30,565 nucleotides of DNA from Bacteroidota bacterium. GTDB taxonomy: Bacteria > Bacteroidota > Ignavibacteria > UBA10030. Below are positions 8,833-20,253 of this stretch, piece after piece. Numbering within the stretch: the first letter of the stretch is position 1; each line of letters begins with the position of its first letter. The stretch spans positions 1 to 30,565 of the forward strand of contig DATDNS010000073.1 of assembly GCA_036518155.1 (NCBI GenBank). Reading direction: 5' to 3'. The notes under the pieces were generated by a model that had not been told where the DNA came from, searched no databases, and saw nothing but the letters and a program-made list of their open reading frames with translations. Position numbers and translations under genes: made by a program.

Positions 8833-9588
8833 TCAATTGAGTACGCTTCCACCATTTACGCTGATCGTTGCGCCCGTAATATGTCCTGCAAGGTCAGAGG
8901 CCAGAAAGAGAACGGCACCCGCAACATCTTCTGCAGTCGCAATTTTCCCCAGCGGGATCGTGTTGATGACCTGTTCACGGAATGCTTGATTGGAGAAGAC
9001 CTCATCATTCATTTCCGTGTCGACCCATCCGGGGGCGACAGAATTGACGAGGATACGATACGGCGCCAGCTCGGTCGACAACGATTTCGTAAAAGCGAGC
9101 ACACCCCCCTTGGATGCCGCGTAGTGGGCGTGGAATGCTTCTCCCCGCTGGCCTGCAGTGGATGAAATATTGATGATTCTGCCACCGCCATTCTTCTTCA
9201 GCACAGGAACAACGGCGTTGCATATGTTGAAAACGCCCTTAAGGTTGATATCGAGCGTTTCATCCCACACCTTTTCCGGAGTGGAACCAATTTCTCCGAG
9301 CGTCCAGATCCCCGCGTTGTTGACAACAATGTCGATCTTGCCAAACTCGGCAACGGCCTTCCCGACGAAATCGGCTGCTATGGAGCCAGTCCCGACATTT
9401 CCCTGATGCGTGACAATTCTTCTCCCGGCTTTCTTCACGCCTTCCACCACGGCACCTGCCCTTGCGCCGTTTTCGACGTAATTGATCGCAATGTCTGATC
9501 CTGCTTTCGCAAGCAAGAGAGCAGTGGCTGCACCGATTCCGCGGGATCCTCCGGTAATGATGCTAACTTTGTTTTCCAATGAGATCAT
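8833..9588 (-). CDS. Classical short-chain dehydrogenase/reductase (FabG-like, 3-oxoacyl-ACP reductase family)
   Basis: TGGSRGIG, NNAG, NISS, YAASK and VNSVAPG motifs. RBS AGGAGGTGA lies inside the metX 3' end. Substrate not determinable. Confidence 0.9.
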   Translation of the reverse strand: MISLENKVSIITGGSRGIGAATALLLAKAGSDIAINYVENGARAGAVVEGVKKAGRRIVTHQGNVGTGSIAADFVGKAVAEFGKIDIVVNNAGIWTLGEIGSTPEKVWDETLDINLKGVFNICNAVVPVLKKNGGGRIINISSTAGQRGEAFHAHYAASKGGVLAFTKSLSTELAPYRILVNSVAPGWVDTEMNDEVFSNQAFREQVINTIPLGKIATAEDVAGAVLFLASDLAGHITGATISVNGGSVLN

Positions 9589-9591
9589 GGC

Positions 9592-12235
<2,644 letters not shown>

Positions 12236-12267
12236 ACGACACCTTGTTGAGTTGTGAGTGAATGCAC

Positions 12268-12304
12268 AAAATGAAAAAGCCTCTTCTGATGAACAGAAGA
12301 GGCT
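12268..12304 (-). terminator. Intrinsic terminator of the SAM-I expression platform
   Basis: Perfect 11-bp stem AGCCTCTTCTG/CAGAAGAGGCT with a 5-nt loop, followed on the minus strand by a U-rich tail. Confidence 0.92.
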
Positions 12305-12329
12305 ACAAGGTCATCGTATCCTTCTTCCA

Positions 12330-12447
12330 CTCATCTTTCCCACCAGACTGCTGGCGGGCAGGAGTTAGCACCTGACATTCTGCGAGGCTGCAGAATCGGT
12401 TGCTACGGTGTCATAGGGCCTGATCCCTCGACCGTTCTTGATAAGAG
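12330..12447 (-). ncRNA. SAM-I (S-box) riboswitch aptamer
   Basis: Minus strand reads CUCUUAUCAAGA-ACGGUCGAGGGAUCAGGCCCUAUGACACCGU-AGCAACC...AGGUGCUAACUCCUG-CCCGCCAG/CUGGUGGG-AAAGAUGAG. P1, kink-turn P2, GCAACC/GGUGC P3, CAGG/CCUG pseudoknot and P4 are all visible. Lies upstream of metY-metX. Confidence 0.97.
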
Positions 12448-12487
12448 CAAAGAAACTTTGAAAGAACTGTTGTTACTCTCTGTATTC

Positions 12488-12515
12488 AATATAAGAAAAA
12501 TCCCGGACTTGTCAA
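12488..12515 (-). promoter_or_regulatory. Sigma70-type promoter for the SAM riboswitch-met operon
   Basis: Minus strand TTGACA-N16-TATATT, ending about 40 nt before the aptamer P1. Confidence 0.75.
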
Positions 12516-12605
12516 GAGGCGGTCGGGTGAAATTGGACTAATATTGCAGCCGCGTGGCGTGCAGGGCACGTTGAATCTCGTTCCTCCTTTTTCTACCTTG
12601 ACTCT

Positions 12606-13268
12606 ATGAAATTGCCGATTCTCCTTGCCGTGCTCCTCGTTTCCGGACTGACTTATGCGCAGCCGCAGGATGAGAGCCAATTCCGGATCGCGCGGCTCAA
12701 GTATGCCGGAGGAGGGGATTGGTACAACGATCCGACGGAAGAACCAAACCTTTTGAAATTTGTCCGGCAATATACCAATATTGATGTCGATCCGCGCTAT
12801 GAGTTTGTGGACCTTTCAAGCGACAGGTTGTTCTCGTATTCATTCCTTTTCATTACGGGACACGGAAATATTTCATTCTCCGACTTTGAAGTTCAACGTC
12901 TCCGCACATTTCTGATAAACGGCGGATTCCTCTACGCCGACGATGATTACGGCATGGATGCCGCGTTTCGCCGGGAAATCAAGAAAGTCTTTCCCGATCA
13001 AAACCTTGTCGAATTGCCGTTTAGTTACGGTCTATACCATTGTCAATTTGAGTTCCCGAACGGCGTTCCAAAGACTCACGAGCATGACGGAAAACCGCCG
13101 CAGGGATTTGGGATATTCTATAAAGGGCGACTTGTCGTCTATTACACGTACGAGTCAAACCCGAGCGATGGATGGGACGACCCCGAAGTTCACAATGATC
13201 CGGAGCCCGTTCGGCAGGAAGCACTGCGGTTCGGAACAAACATTGTTGTCTGGGCGTTGAGTCATTGA
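12606..13268 (+). CDS. DUF4159 domain-containing protein (predicted signal peptide)
   Basis: Family-typical IARLKYAGGGDWY, FLFITGHGN, NGGFLYADDDYGMD and GWDDPEVHNDP..ALRFGTNI, recognised from recall of the family. Hydrophobic N-terminus ending AYA. Confidence 0.85.
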   Translation: MKLPILLAVLLVSGLTYAQPQDESQFRIARLKYAGGGDWYNDPTEEPNLLKFVRQYTNIDVDPRYEFVDLSSDRLFSYSFLFITGHGNISFSDFEVQRLRTFLINGGFLYADDDYGMDAAFRREIKKVFPDQNLVELPFSYGLYHCQFEFPNGVPKTHEHDGKPPQGFGIFYKGRLVVYYTYESNPSDGWDDPEVHNDPEPVRQEALRFGTNIVVWALSH

Positions 13269-13379
13269 AGGGAGTAGTTATAGAAGACCGCGGCTGAGGT
13301 AAGTTCATATGCAGAGTTAAAGAGTCTTTCCGCACTCCGCTGATGCGTTGACAAGTCACAGAGAAATGGCCATTCGTTG

Positions 13380-16300
13380 ATGTCTCCTTCTTCAACCATA
13401 GCGCACGATATTTCCCGGCGTCTTCACGAGACAGGCCGTCATTTCCACAAGACGGAAGTGAAAGCAAACGCGTTCCTGTTTCTCTCCGTGCTGATTGCTT
13501 CGATGAGTTTCCTGGCATTTGTGGAATTGCTTCTCCACTTTAACTCGGCCGTCCGCACGATAGTCGTTGTCGTGGCTGGGGCGGCACTTGTTGGTTTCGC
13601 CGTATGGTACATTCTCCTTCCGTTGCTGAGACTTGCGGGGATTCTCTTCGCTGGCGATGACACCCTGATTGCAAGACGTGTTGGCGATTATTTTCCCGGC
13701 ATCCGGGACAGGCTGACGAACTTTCTCCAGTTGCAGCAGGAAGCCGCAACGGGCACTTCGCTCTATTCGATGGAATTGCTCGATGCGTCATTCAAGGACC
13801 TTGCCGACCTTGTCAAAACAATTGATTTCAACAGATCGGTCGATGAATCGGCGGTAGCGAAGCGGAGAAGGTGGTTTACTGCGAGTGCATCGGCGGCGGT
13901 GTTGCTCTTTGTCGTGTTCCCGGCTTCGATTCCGGGAGCCTATTTCAGGCTTGCGCATTTCAACACGGAATTTGTCCCCCCTCCGAAATATTTGTTCAAC
14001 GTCTCGCCGGGAAACAAGGAGGTCGTGAAAGGTGAGGAAGTGAAGATCAGAGTGCAATTGTCTTCCCCGGATCGCTTCGAATTCCTGCCGGCTTCCATCG
14101 ACCTTCTGTACAGGATTCAAGGGCAGGATCGCTTCGATCAGCAATCCATGAAACAAGATTCCGTCGGCGTCTATCGCAGCACGTTTCAGAATGTCAGGGC
14201 AACGACGGAATATTATGTCCGGGCTTCCGATGTTCAGAGTCAACGGTATACATTGAACGTACTGGACAGGCCCATCCTCCGCTCGTTGCGCGTGCGACTT
14301 GATTTTCCCGCCTATTGCCGGCTTCCCGCACGAGTCCAGGATGACTTCTCCGGCGATGTCACAGCCCTTGCCGGAACCCGCGTCTCAATCAAAGGTTCCG
14401 CCAGCAAGGAAATCACCGGCGCTGAAATCATCTTTGGCAGAGATTCCGTCACGAGATTAACGATTGCCGGCGACAAATTTTCCGGTGGTTTTGAGTTGCA
14501 CGACGACGGTTCTTATCACATCGGTATTGCCGACAGGGACGGTCTTACGAACGTTGACCCCGTGCAGTACAACCTTAAAGTGATTCCGGATGTATGGCCG
14601 ACGGTGGCGATTGTCCAGCCGGGAAGAAATCTGGATATTGCCGGCGACCAATCGATGCAAATATTGATCCACGCCGAAGATGATTTCGGATTCACGCAAC
14701 TGCGGCTGGGGTACCGGCTGATCCACTCACGCTTCGCAGGAGCTCAACAGGACTATACCTACCTTCGGGTCGCCTTTCCGCAAAGCGGGCAGACTGAACT
14801 GGAAGCTCCGTATCAATGGGATCTGTCGAAACTCAGCCTCGTCCCTGAGGATGTCGTGGAATACTTTGCAGAAATCTATGACAACGATACGGTGAAAGGT
14901 CCGAAGTCAGCCAAGAGCAATCTCTATCTTCTCCGTCTGCCTTCCCTCCAGGAAGTCTTCACGGACGTCAACAAGGGGCACGAGCAGTCCATTGCAGAGA
15001 TGAAACAGGCACTGGAGGATGCAAAATCGCTGAAAGAAGATATTGAGTCCATCAATGCAGACATCAAGCAGAACAAAGACATCGACTGGCAGCAACAGAA
15101 GAAAATGGAAGCGATGACCAAGAAATATCAGGACATCCAGGCCAGCCTTCAGAACGTGCAAAAACAGCTTGATGACATGGTCCAGAAAATGGACCAGCAG
15201 AAGGTGCTTTCAAAGGAGACGATGGAAAAATACCTCGAACTTCAACAGCTGTTCCAGGAATTGAATTCATCCGAGTTGCAGCAGGCGCTCAAACAAATGC
15301 AGCAATCGATGCAGAACGTCAGCAAAGAACAGCTCCAGCAGGCAATGAAGCAGATGACATTTTCCGAGGAGCAGTTCCGGCAGGGGATTGAGCGGACAAT
15401 GGAATTGCTAAAGCGGATCCAGATAGAACAGAAAGTGGATGAGGTGAAGAAACGTGCCCAGGAACTGGAACAATTACAGAAAGAATTGACGGAGGAGGGC
15501 ACAAAGCAATCGAACGACCAGGAAAAACAGAACGAATTGGCGGCCAGGCAGGAGGATCTGACGCGAAAGGAGCAGGGTCTTGAAAATGCCTCGTCGGAAC
15601 TGGCAAAGCGGATGGAGGAATTCTTCACCGAGATGCCTCTTGACAAGCTCAATGAGATGAACAAACAATTGCAGCAGGAGAATCTGGGCGACCAGATGAA
15701 AAGTACAGCCCAGCAAATGCGGCAAGGTCAGAATTCGCAGGTCCGTCAGTCACAGCAAAAAATCCAGGAGAGCCTGCAGAAGTTCTCGGAACAGATGGAT
15801 GCGCTACAGCAGCAGATGCTGCAACAACAAGCGCAACACGTCTTGAATCAGCTGAGGAAAGCAACTGATGATCTGCTTGAATTATCAAAACGAGAAGAAG
15901 CGCTCAAGCAGCAGTCCCAGCGGGCCGCCCCGAATTCGCCACAGCTCCGACAAAATGCGGAGGACCAGTTGCAGGCAGCGCAGGATCTTGGAAATGTTGT
16001 CACCGGTCTCAACGAGTTATCGAAGCGTTCCTTTGCAGTGACGCCTGAGATGGGCAAAGCAATCGGAGAAGCCATGGCGAGGATGCAGAATGCCATGAAA
16101 GATCTGGACATCAGGAATGGCTCGACCGCGTCGCAGGAGCAGGAAATGGCCATGAGTTCGCTGAACAAAGGAGCCGTGCAGGTGCAAAACGCGCTGCAAG
16201 CGATGATGCAGGGGTCGGAAGGGGGAATGGGGGGCTTGCTGCAACAGCTTCAAATGCTGGCAGGTCGTCAGATGGGTCTCAATCTGAAATCCGAACAGCT

Positions 16301-16781
16301 GGGATCCGGGATGTCGATGGAACAGGCGGCGGAGGCAGGGAGACTTGGCCAGGAGCAGGAAGCAATCAGAAAATCCCTCGACCAGCTGAACAAGGAAGCC
16401 CAGGCGAGCCAGGAACAGCAGAAATTGCTGGGGGATCTGGGCAAGATCAGCGAGGAAATGAAAGAGGTTGTCACGAATTTACAGCAGAACAATGTGAGTC
16501 CCGAAACGATCAGAAAACAGGAACGAATTCTCTCGAGGCTTCTCGATGCCTCAAAGTCGATGAACGAACGGGATTATGAAAAGAAACGAAAATCCCAGAC
16601 AGGCACAAGAATCGTCGGCAAGAATCCGGATGAGCTGAGACAACAAGATCTCAACGCAAGCGACAAACTCCGGGAGGATCTTCTGAAAGCGTTGGAACAG
16701 GGGTATTCCCGGGATTACCAGGAATTGATTCGCAAGTATTTTGAGGCTCTGCAAAAGGCGGAGAACGTAGATCATCCATGA
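13380..16781 (+). CDS. DUF4175-like large membrane-anchored protein (3 N-terminal TMs, beta-sandwich region, long Q/E/K/M-rich coiled coil)
   Basis: About 1133 aa with three hydrophobic helices, a loop PGIRDRLTNFLQL, AEDDFG in the beta region and a long helical low-complexity C-terminus. ATG 13380 follows the in-frame TTG at 13377. Confidence 0.8.
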   Translation: MSPSSTIAHDISRRLHETGRHFHKTEVKANAFLFLSVLIASMSFLAFVELLLHFNSAVRTIVVVVAGAALVGFAVWYILLPLLRLAGILFAGDDTLIARRVGDYFPGIRDRLTNFLQLQQEAATGTSLYSMELLDASFKDLADLVKTIDFNRSVDESAVAKRRRWFTASASAAVLLFVVFPASIPGAYFRLAHFNTEFVPPPKYLFNVSPGNKEVVKGEEVKIRVQLSSPDRFEFLPASIDLLYRIQGQDRFDQQSMKQDSVGVYRSTFQNVRATTEYYVRASDVQSQRYTLNVLDRPILRSLRVRLDFPAYCRLPARVQDDFSGDVTALAGTRVSIKGSASKEITGAEIIFGRDSVTRLTIAGDKFSGGFELHDDGSYHIGIADRDGLTNVDPVQYNLKVIPDVWPTVAIVQPGRNLDIAGDQSMQILIHAEDDFGFTQLRLGYRLIHSRFAGAQQDYTYLRVAFPQSGQTELEAPYQWDLSKLSLVPEDVVEYFAEIYDNDTVKGPKSAKSNLYLLRLPSLQEVFTDVNKGHEQSIAEMKQALEDAKSLKEDIESINADIKQNKDIDWQQQKKMEAMTKKYQDIQASLQNVQKQLDDMVQKMDQQKVLSKETMEKYLELQQLFQELNSSELQQALKQMQQSMQNVSKEQLQQAMKQMTFSEEQFRQGIERTMELLKRIQIEQKVDEVKKRAQELEQLQKELTEEGTKQSNDQEKQNELAARQEDLTRKEQGLENASSELAKRMEEFFTEMPLDKLNEMNKQLQQENLGDQMKSTAQQMRQGQNSQVRQSQQKIQESLQKFSEQMDALQQQMLQQQAQHVLNQLRKATDDLLELSKREEALKQQSQRAAPNSPQLRQNAEDQLQAAQDLGNVVTGLNELSKRSFAVTPEMGKAIGEAMARMQNAMKDLDIRNGSTASQEQEMAMSSLNKGAVQVQNALQAMMQGSEGGMGGLLQQLQMLAGRQMGLNLKSEQLGSGMSMEQAAEAGRLGQEQEAIRKSLDQLNKEAQASQEQQKLLGDLGKISEEMKEVVTNLQQNNVSPETIRKQERILSRLLDASKSMNERDYEKKRKSQTGTRIVGKNPDELRQQDLNASDKLREDLLKALEQGYSRDYQELIRKYFEALQKAENVDHP

Positions 16782-17071
16782 CATTTGGTCTTCTTTTTGC
16801 CCCCACGTTTCGCAATTTTGCGATAGGCGAGAATGCCGCTGTAATCGCCCCCCGATGCCAAACTCTTCAGAATCACCCAATCCGTGTTGATATTGGCCCG
16901 TTGGGTCTCTATATTTCCGTCGTCCCAATAATGAATACGTAAGCAGCGTTGTTTTTTTATTTCGCGCTTGCGGATTCCCACCACGGAGGAAGTATGGACC
17001 CGACTTCGAAAGAAGAGCGGTCGATAATTCCAGGGTCGATCATAACTCGTAAACCCGTCCTCAGCGGGCAT
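16772..17071 (-). CDS. Possible small basic hypothetical protein (99 aa)
   Basis: The only ORF in the track that spans most of this ~380 nt gap. Weak RBS (AGGAAG) and Lys-rich C-terminus. No family recognised. Confidence 0.3.
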   Translation of the reverse strand: MPAEDGFTSYDRPWNYRPLFFRSRVHTSSVVGIRKREIKKQRCLRIHYWDDGNIETQRANINTDWVILKSLASGGDYSGILAYRKIAKRGGKKKTKCHG

Positions 17072-17161
17072 TCAAATTACTTCCTGCTTCAGCTTCTCGT
17101 ATCCCTCACTTCGTGCATGAGTAAATGATCCACGGGGTTTCAATCCCTGGAGGAGGCATGT

Positions 17162-17737
17162 ATGAAAGACTTCTTATCGCTTCTGTGGAAACTTGCCCTG
17201 ATCACCGTCATTGGCCTTGCCGGCAGCATGACACTCGGACTTATGATGCACGGCAGCAATATGTTCGATCCCAAAGGAGCAGAATTTGCTTATGTCGCCT
17301 TCGGAACCAGCGGCGCATTCATCTTCGCATTCTACCACGTTCGAGGACTTTCAAATACCATCACTGCGGCCGTGACTGTTAGTGCGGTCCAATTCATCGT
17401 GGCGTCTGCCTGGATGCCGACGGTAAATTCTGTTGTCTGGTCCTTCGGAGTCAATTTACCGGTGGTCTGGCTGGCGTTCCTGTTCGAGCGAAAGCTGGCG
17501 GCGTTCCACTGGGGCAAATTTGTCATCGTCGGAATTGTCAACGGGACAATGTTCGTTCTCCTCACTCTTCTTGTCGGCATCATCCAAAACGTGTCCTCCA
17601 TGCCGGCCGCCGTCTTCCGCGACAATTTCGTTGACGGACTCTTGATCGGACTCGGCATGGGAATCGGAGTCCAGGGAGGAGAGGCTTTCATTCATTCGAT
17701 CGGCACGTCGAGCTGGACAACACACAGGGAATTTTGA
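17162..17737 (+). CDS. Hypothetical polytopic membrane protein (about 6 TM)
   Basis: Strong RBS GGAGGAGG. 191 aa, mostly hydrophobic Gly-rich helices. Confidence 0.8.
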   Translation: MKDFLSLLWKLALITVIGLAGSMTLGLMMHGSNMFDPKGAEFAYVAFGTSGAFIFAFYHVRGLSNTITAAVTVSAVQFIVASAWMPTVNSVVWSFGVNLPVVWLAFLFERKLAAFHWGKFVIVGIVNGTMFVLLTLLVGIIQNVSSMPAAVFRDNFVDGLLIGLGMGIGVQGGEAFIHSIGTSSWTTHREF

Positions 17738-17772
17738 ATTATTCCGGCAGCGCGCACTGAGCGAACGTCGCC

Positions 17773-18198
17773 TCAAGTGTCTAGCCCGAGAGTAGTCTTC
17801 CGTGCTTTGAGCCAAACGCCAATTCCGGCGCTCGTAAATGCCGTGACAAATGACAGGATCAGTGGCACAGGCAGAAAGGAAAGATGTCTGTAGTAGACAG
17901 GTGCACTCTCAGGAGCAGGTAGATACACAATCATTAGGAGCGAATAGAGTGTTGAAGCAATTGCTGGTTCGACAATTGTTGGTTTTGAAGAACGTTGTGA
18001 GACATAATACGACACCGCAGCGATACCCACAACGAGCCACGCGGCGATTGTCCACATTCTCCGGAACCCCAGGAAGGGTTGCGGAGAAAGCAAGATATAC
18101 GAGGGAAGCAAGTGGTAGAGGACAAGCGAACAAAACGATACAAGGAGCCATTGCCAACGTATGCTGACGAGACTTCCGTACATATTCCCACCGTTCAT
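17773..18198 (-). CDS. Hypothetical membrane protein (about 4 TM)
   Basis: AAGGAG RBS 6 nt upstream. Four hydrophobic segments and a basic C-tail. Last gene of the ECF-led minus-strand run. Confidence 0.75.
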   Translation of the reverse strand: MNGGNMYGSLVSIRWQWLLVSFCSLVLYHLLPSYILLSPQPFLGFRRMWTIAAWLVVGIAAVSYYVSQRSSKPTIVEPAIASTLYSLLMIVYLPAPESAPVYYRHLSFLPVPLILSFVTAFTSAGIGVWLKARKTTLGLDT

Positions 18199-18252
18199 TT
18201 CGAACTCCTTCTCTGAGTGAGCACGCTAATATCCATCACAACCCGACTGCAA

Positions 18253-19095
18253 TTACAGGAATTTGCCCTCATACATCCAATGCCAGGGTCCGCCATGCAC
18301 CATCCCAGCTTTCGCCTGTCGAAGCTCCAGACCTTTGGCGTCCAACTCCACCTTGATTGACGAAGACGGAAACAACAACGATCGCCCGACGATTACGGCT
18401 TTCTCCTTTTCAACCGTGATCGAATACACTCCATTGCGTGTCTGTGCAAACCCGGGAGCAAGGTTGTAGCCGATGCAGCTGCCGTCTCCCCCACCAAGAG
18501 ATTTTGGGAGTATCCGGTACTGTTGAAGATCCACCACAATGGCATCTAGATCATTGATCATGTTGTCCTTGTTTGTCTGCACTGCCTGAGCGCTTCTGAT
18601 TGAAGACCGTACGAATTCTCCAAATGTCGCAACCGGGACAATAGCGATGCAGAGGAACAGAGTAACTATGGTGAAATAGTTGAAGAATAACCCGGGGAGA
18701 GTGAGATGTTCATGGGTTGAAGTCGCAACGTTCCTGAGATGTCGATCACGCCACCGAAAAAGGTAAACAGTCGGGCAAATGACAAAACCAAGCAAAAGAC
18801 TGGCAAGGGCAGTCAATTGTGCCGTGTTGGAGGGAATATTGAGCGGTTCACCACTGAACGCCCGCAATCCATTGGCGATCGTTCTTCCACCCGCGACAAT
18901 CCAGGGAAAGATGGTCCATGCACGGCCATATCCTTCATCGAATGCTGTCGCGAGTGATTGTCGTGAATGCTCGACGGAAACAATGGCGACGAGTACAACA
19001 AATGTCAACAACGACATCGTGGAAAGAAATCCGCGCCCGAACTGATTGGAGTTCCCAATGCGTGCCGGTGAATCAACCTCAGTTTTCGGATTCAT
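18253..19095 (-). CDS. Hypothetical 3-TM membrane protein with C-terminal pilin-like ectodomain
   Basis: Start placed at ATG 19095 (GAGGGG upstream; 17-nt overlap with the preceding gene). Three TMs, with basic loop RWRDRHLR before TM3, then NKDNMINDL..LQQYRILPKSLGGGDGS..TRNGVYSITV. The pilin-like call is from recall and unverified. Confidence 0.75.
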   Translation of the reverse strand: MNPKTEVDSPARIGNSNQFGRGFLSTMSLLTFVVLVAIVSVEHSRQSLATAFDEGYGRAWTIFPWIVAGGRTIANGLRAFSGEPLNIPSNTAQLTALASLLLGFVICPTVYLFRWRDRHLRNVATSTHEHLTLPGLFFNYFTIVTLFLCIAIVPVATFGEFVRSSIRSAQAVQTNKDNMINDLDAIVVDLQQYRILPKSLGGGDGSCIGYNLAPGFAQTRNGVYSITVEKEKAVIVGRSLLFPSSSIKVELDAKGLELRQAKAGMVHGGPWHWMYEGKFL

Positions 19096-19759
19096 GGGTG
19101 ATGCCCCTCTCTGTAAGAGTGTATTGATCCTGACACATTCCGATTCTTCCATCGTAGTTGTTGAATCGCGGATCCCGACCCTTGGAAACAGGCGCGGCGG
19201 AAACGATCACAATCCTATCTGCCGCCAGAGTCCTGACGCAGATCTTGAACGGGTCGTTCGTAAATTGCGGGGTATAGATGTTTGTCCCCACGACCGCGTT
19301 GTTGTTCAATTGTTGAAAGACCTCTCCAAGCGTTTTGCGCTTCCCTTTCGGCTGATGGTAGAATGAATCCAGGGTAACCAGAAGGTATCTTGGCATCGTT
19401 GATTCGCGAACGCCCTGGTCGATAAGACCGCGGATTCTTGACATTTGATCAGCCTGCCACCGTGTTTGTTCTTGAAACCGAATCCACGCAAAAGCTGTGG
19501 AACTCATGACCACAAATGCGATCACCGCCGCGATTGTGCGAACCTTTGTTGGGAGCGGTTTACGTAGTATGTAGAACAAAAGTGCGATGAGATAGACTGC
19601 AGTCGCCAACCCTCCCGCATTCAGGGCGGGCCAAAGTTCCGGTGATCTGTGGGGAACGGAATATGCAGCGTAAACCAGTAAAACACCGGCGGCAAGAAAC
19701 AAAAGCATGACTGCAACTTCCTGGCGGATCTCAATAATAATTGTCTTCTCTTCTTCCAT
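19079..19759 (-). CDS. Hypothetical 3-TM membrane protein with C-terminal extracytoplasmic domain (two Cys)
   Basis: AGGAG RBS, 11 nt after the anti-sigma stop. Three TMs, a basic loop RKPLPTKVR and a ~130 aa soluble C-terminal domain. Confidence 0.8.
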   Translation of the reverse strand: MEEEKTIIIEIRQEVAVMLLFLAAGVLLVYAAYSVPHRSPELWPALNAGGLATAVYLIALLFYILRKPLPTKVRTIAAVIAFVVMSSTAFAWIRFQEQTRWQADQMSRIRGLIDQGVRESTMPRYLLVTLDSFYHQPKGKRKTLGEVFQQLNNNAVVGTNIYTPQFTNDPFKICVRTLAADRIVIVSAAPVSKGRDPRFNNYDGRIGMCQDQYTLTERGITHESEN

Positions 19760-19770
19760 AGAAGTCGCTC

Positions 19771-20211
19771 CTAGCGATACAACTCGAGCTGTTTTTGGAT
19801 TTCTGGAGGGATATTTGTAATCGCCTCGGCAGGTGGCTTGGCCGAATTATCTTTTTCCGAAGCAACGATCGGCGCGAAGAGAAGGCTGCAAAATACTATG
19901 AGAAAGGCCAGAGATGCGGCAGCCGGTAATGGAATCGATATCCGCGTCCACCAAAGCGGAGCAAGCCTTGCGTTTCGCGCAGCAGGCCTGAGAATTTGCT
20001 CGCGGAACCCGAGAACGCGCCGGTCGAGAGATTGGGGGACATCGGCAAGCTGATTGTGCGCGATATGAGAGCGAATGATCATCGTTGTCTTCAGGAAACT
20101 CCGGCACGGATTGCATTCCGCGAGATGTGCGAAGAGTTCCGCCGACTGAGCGTCTGTCAGCTCGTTGTCGATGTGCAAACTGATGAGTTCTTGAAAATAT
20201 GTGTGGTTCAT
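19771..20211 (-). CDS. Zinc-binding (ZAS, zf-HC2) membrane anti-sigma factor
   Basis: LISLHIDNELT...HLAECNPC (HxxxCxxC), a single TM and a short C-tail. AAGGAG RBS. Directly follows an ECF sigma gene. Confidence 0.9.
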   Translation of the reverse strand: MNHTYFQELISLHIDNELTDAQSAELFAHLAECNPCRSFLKTTMIIRSHIAHNQLADVPQSLDRRVLGFREQILRPAARNARLAPLWWTRISIPLPAAASLAFLIVFCSLLFAPIVASEKDNSAKPPAEAITNIPPEIQKQLELYR

Positions 20212-20253
20212 ATCGATCTCCTTTAGAACTCTCGATGGATCACCGTGCCCGGC

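Noticed and set aside
13348-13376. Perfect TTGACA upstream of the DUF4175-like gene
   Set aside because: The hexamer at 17-nt spacing (CATTCG) is a poor -10, and the implied start site would fall at or after the start codon.
14940-16700. Q/E/K-rich repetitive sequence as a possible tandem repeat or array
   Set aside because: It is explained by coiled-coil coding bias; no exact nucleotide repeat units or spacers were seen.
16778-16942. 54-aa plus-strand ORF starting in an ATGA overlap with the DUF4175-like stop
   Set aside because: The overlap arises automatically from a CCA-TGA ending. It has no RBS or features and conflicts with the minus-strand 99-aa candidate.
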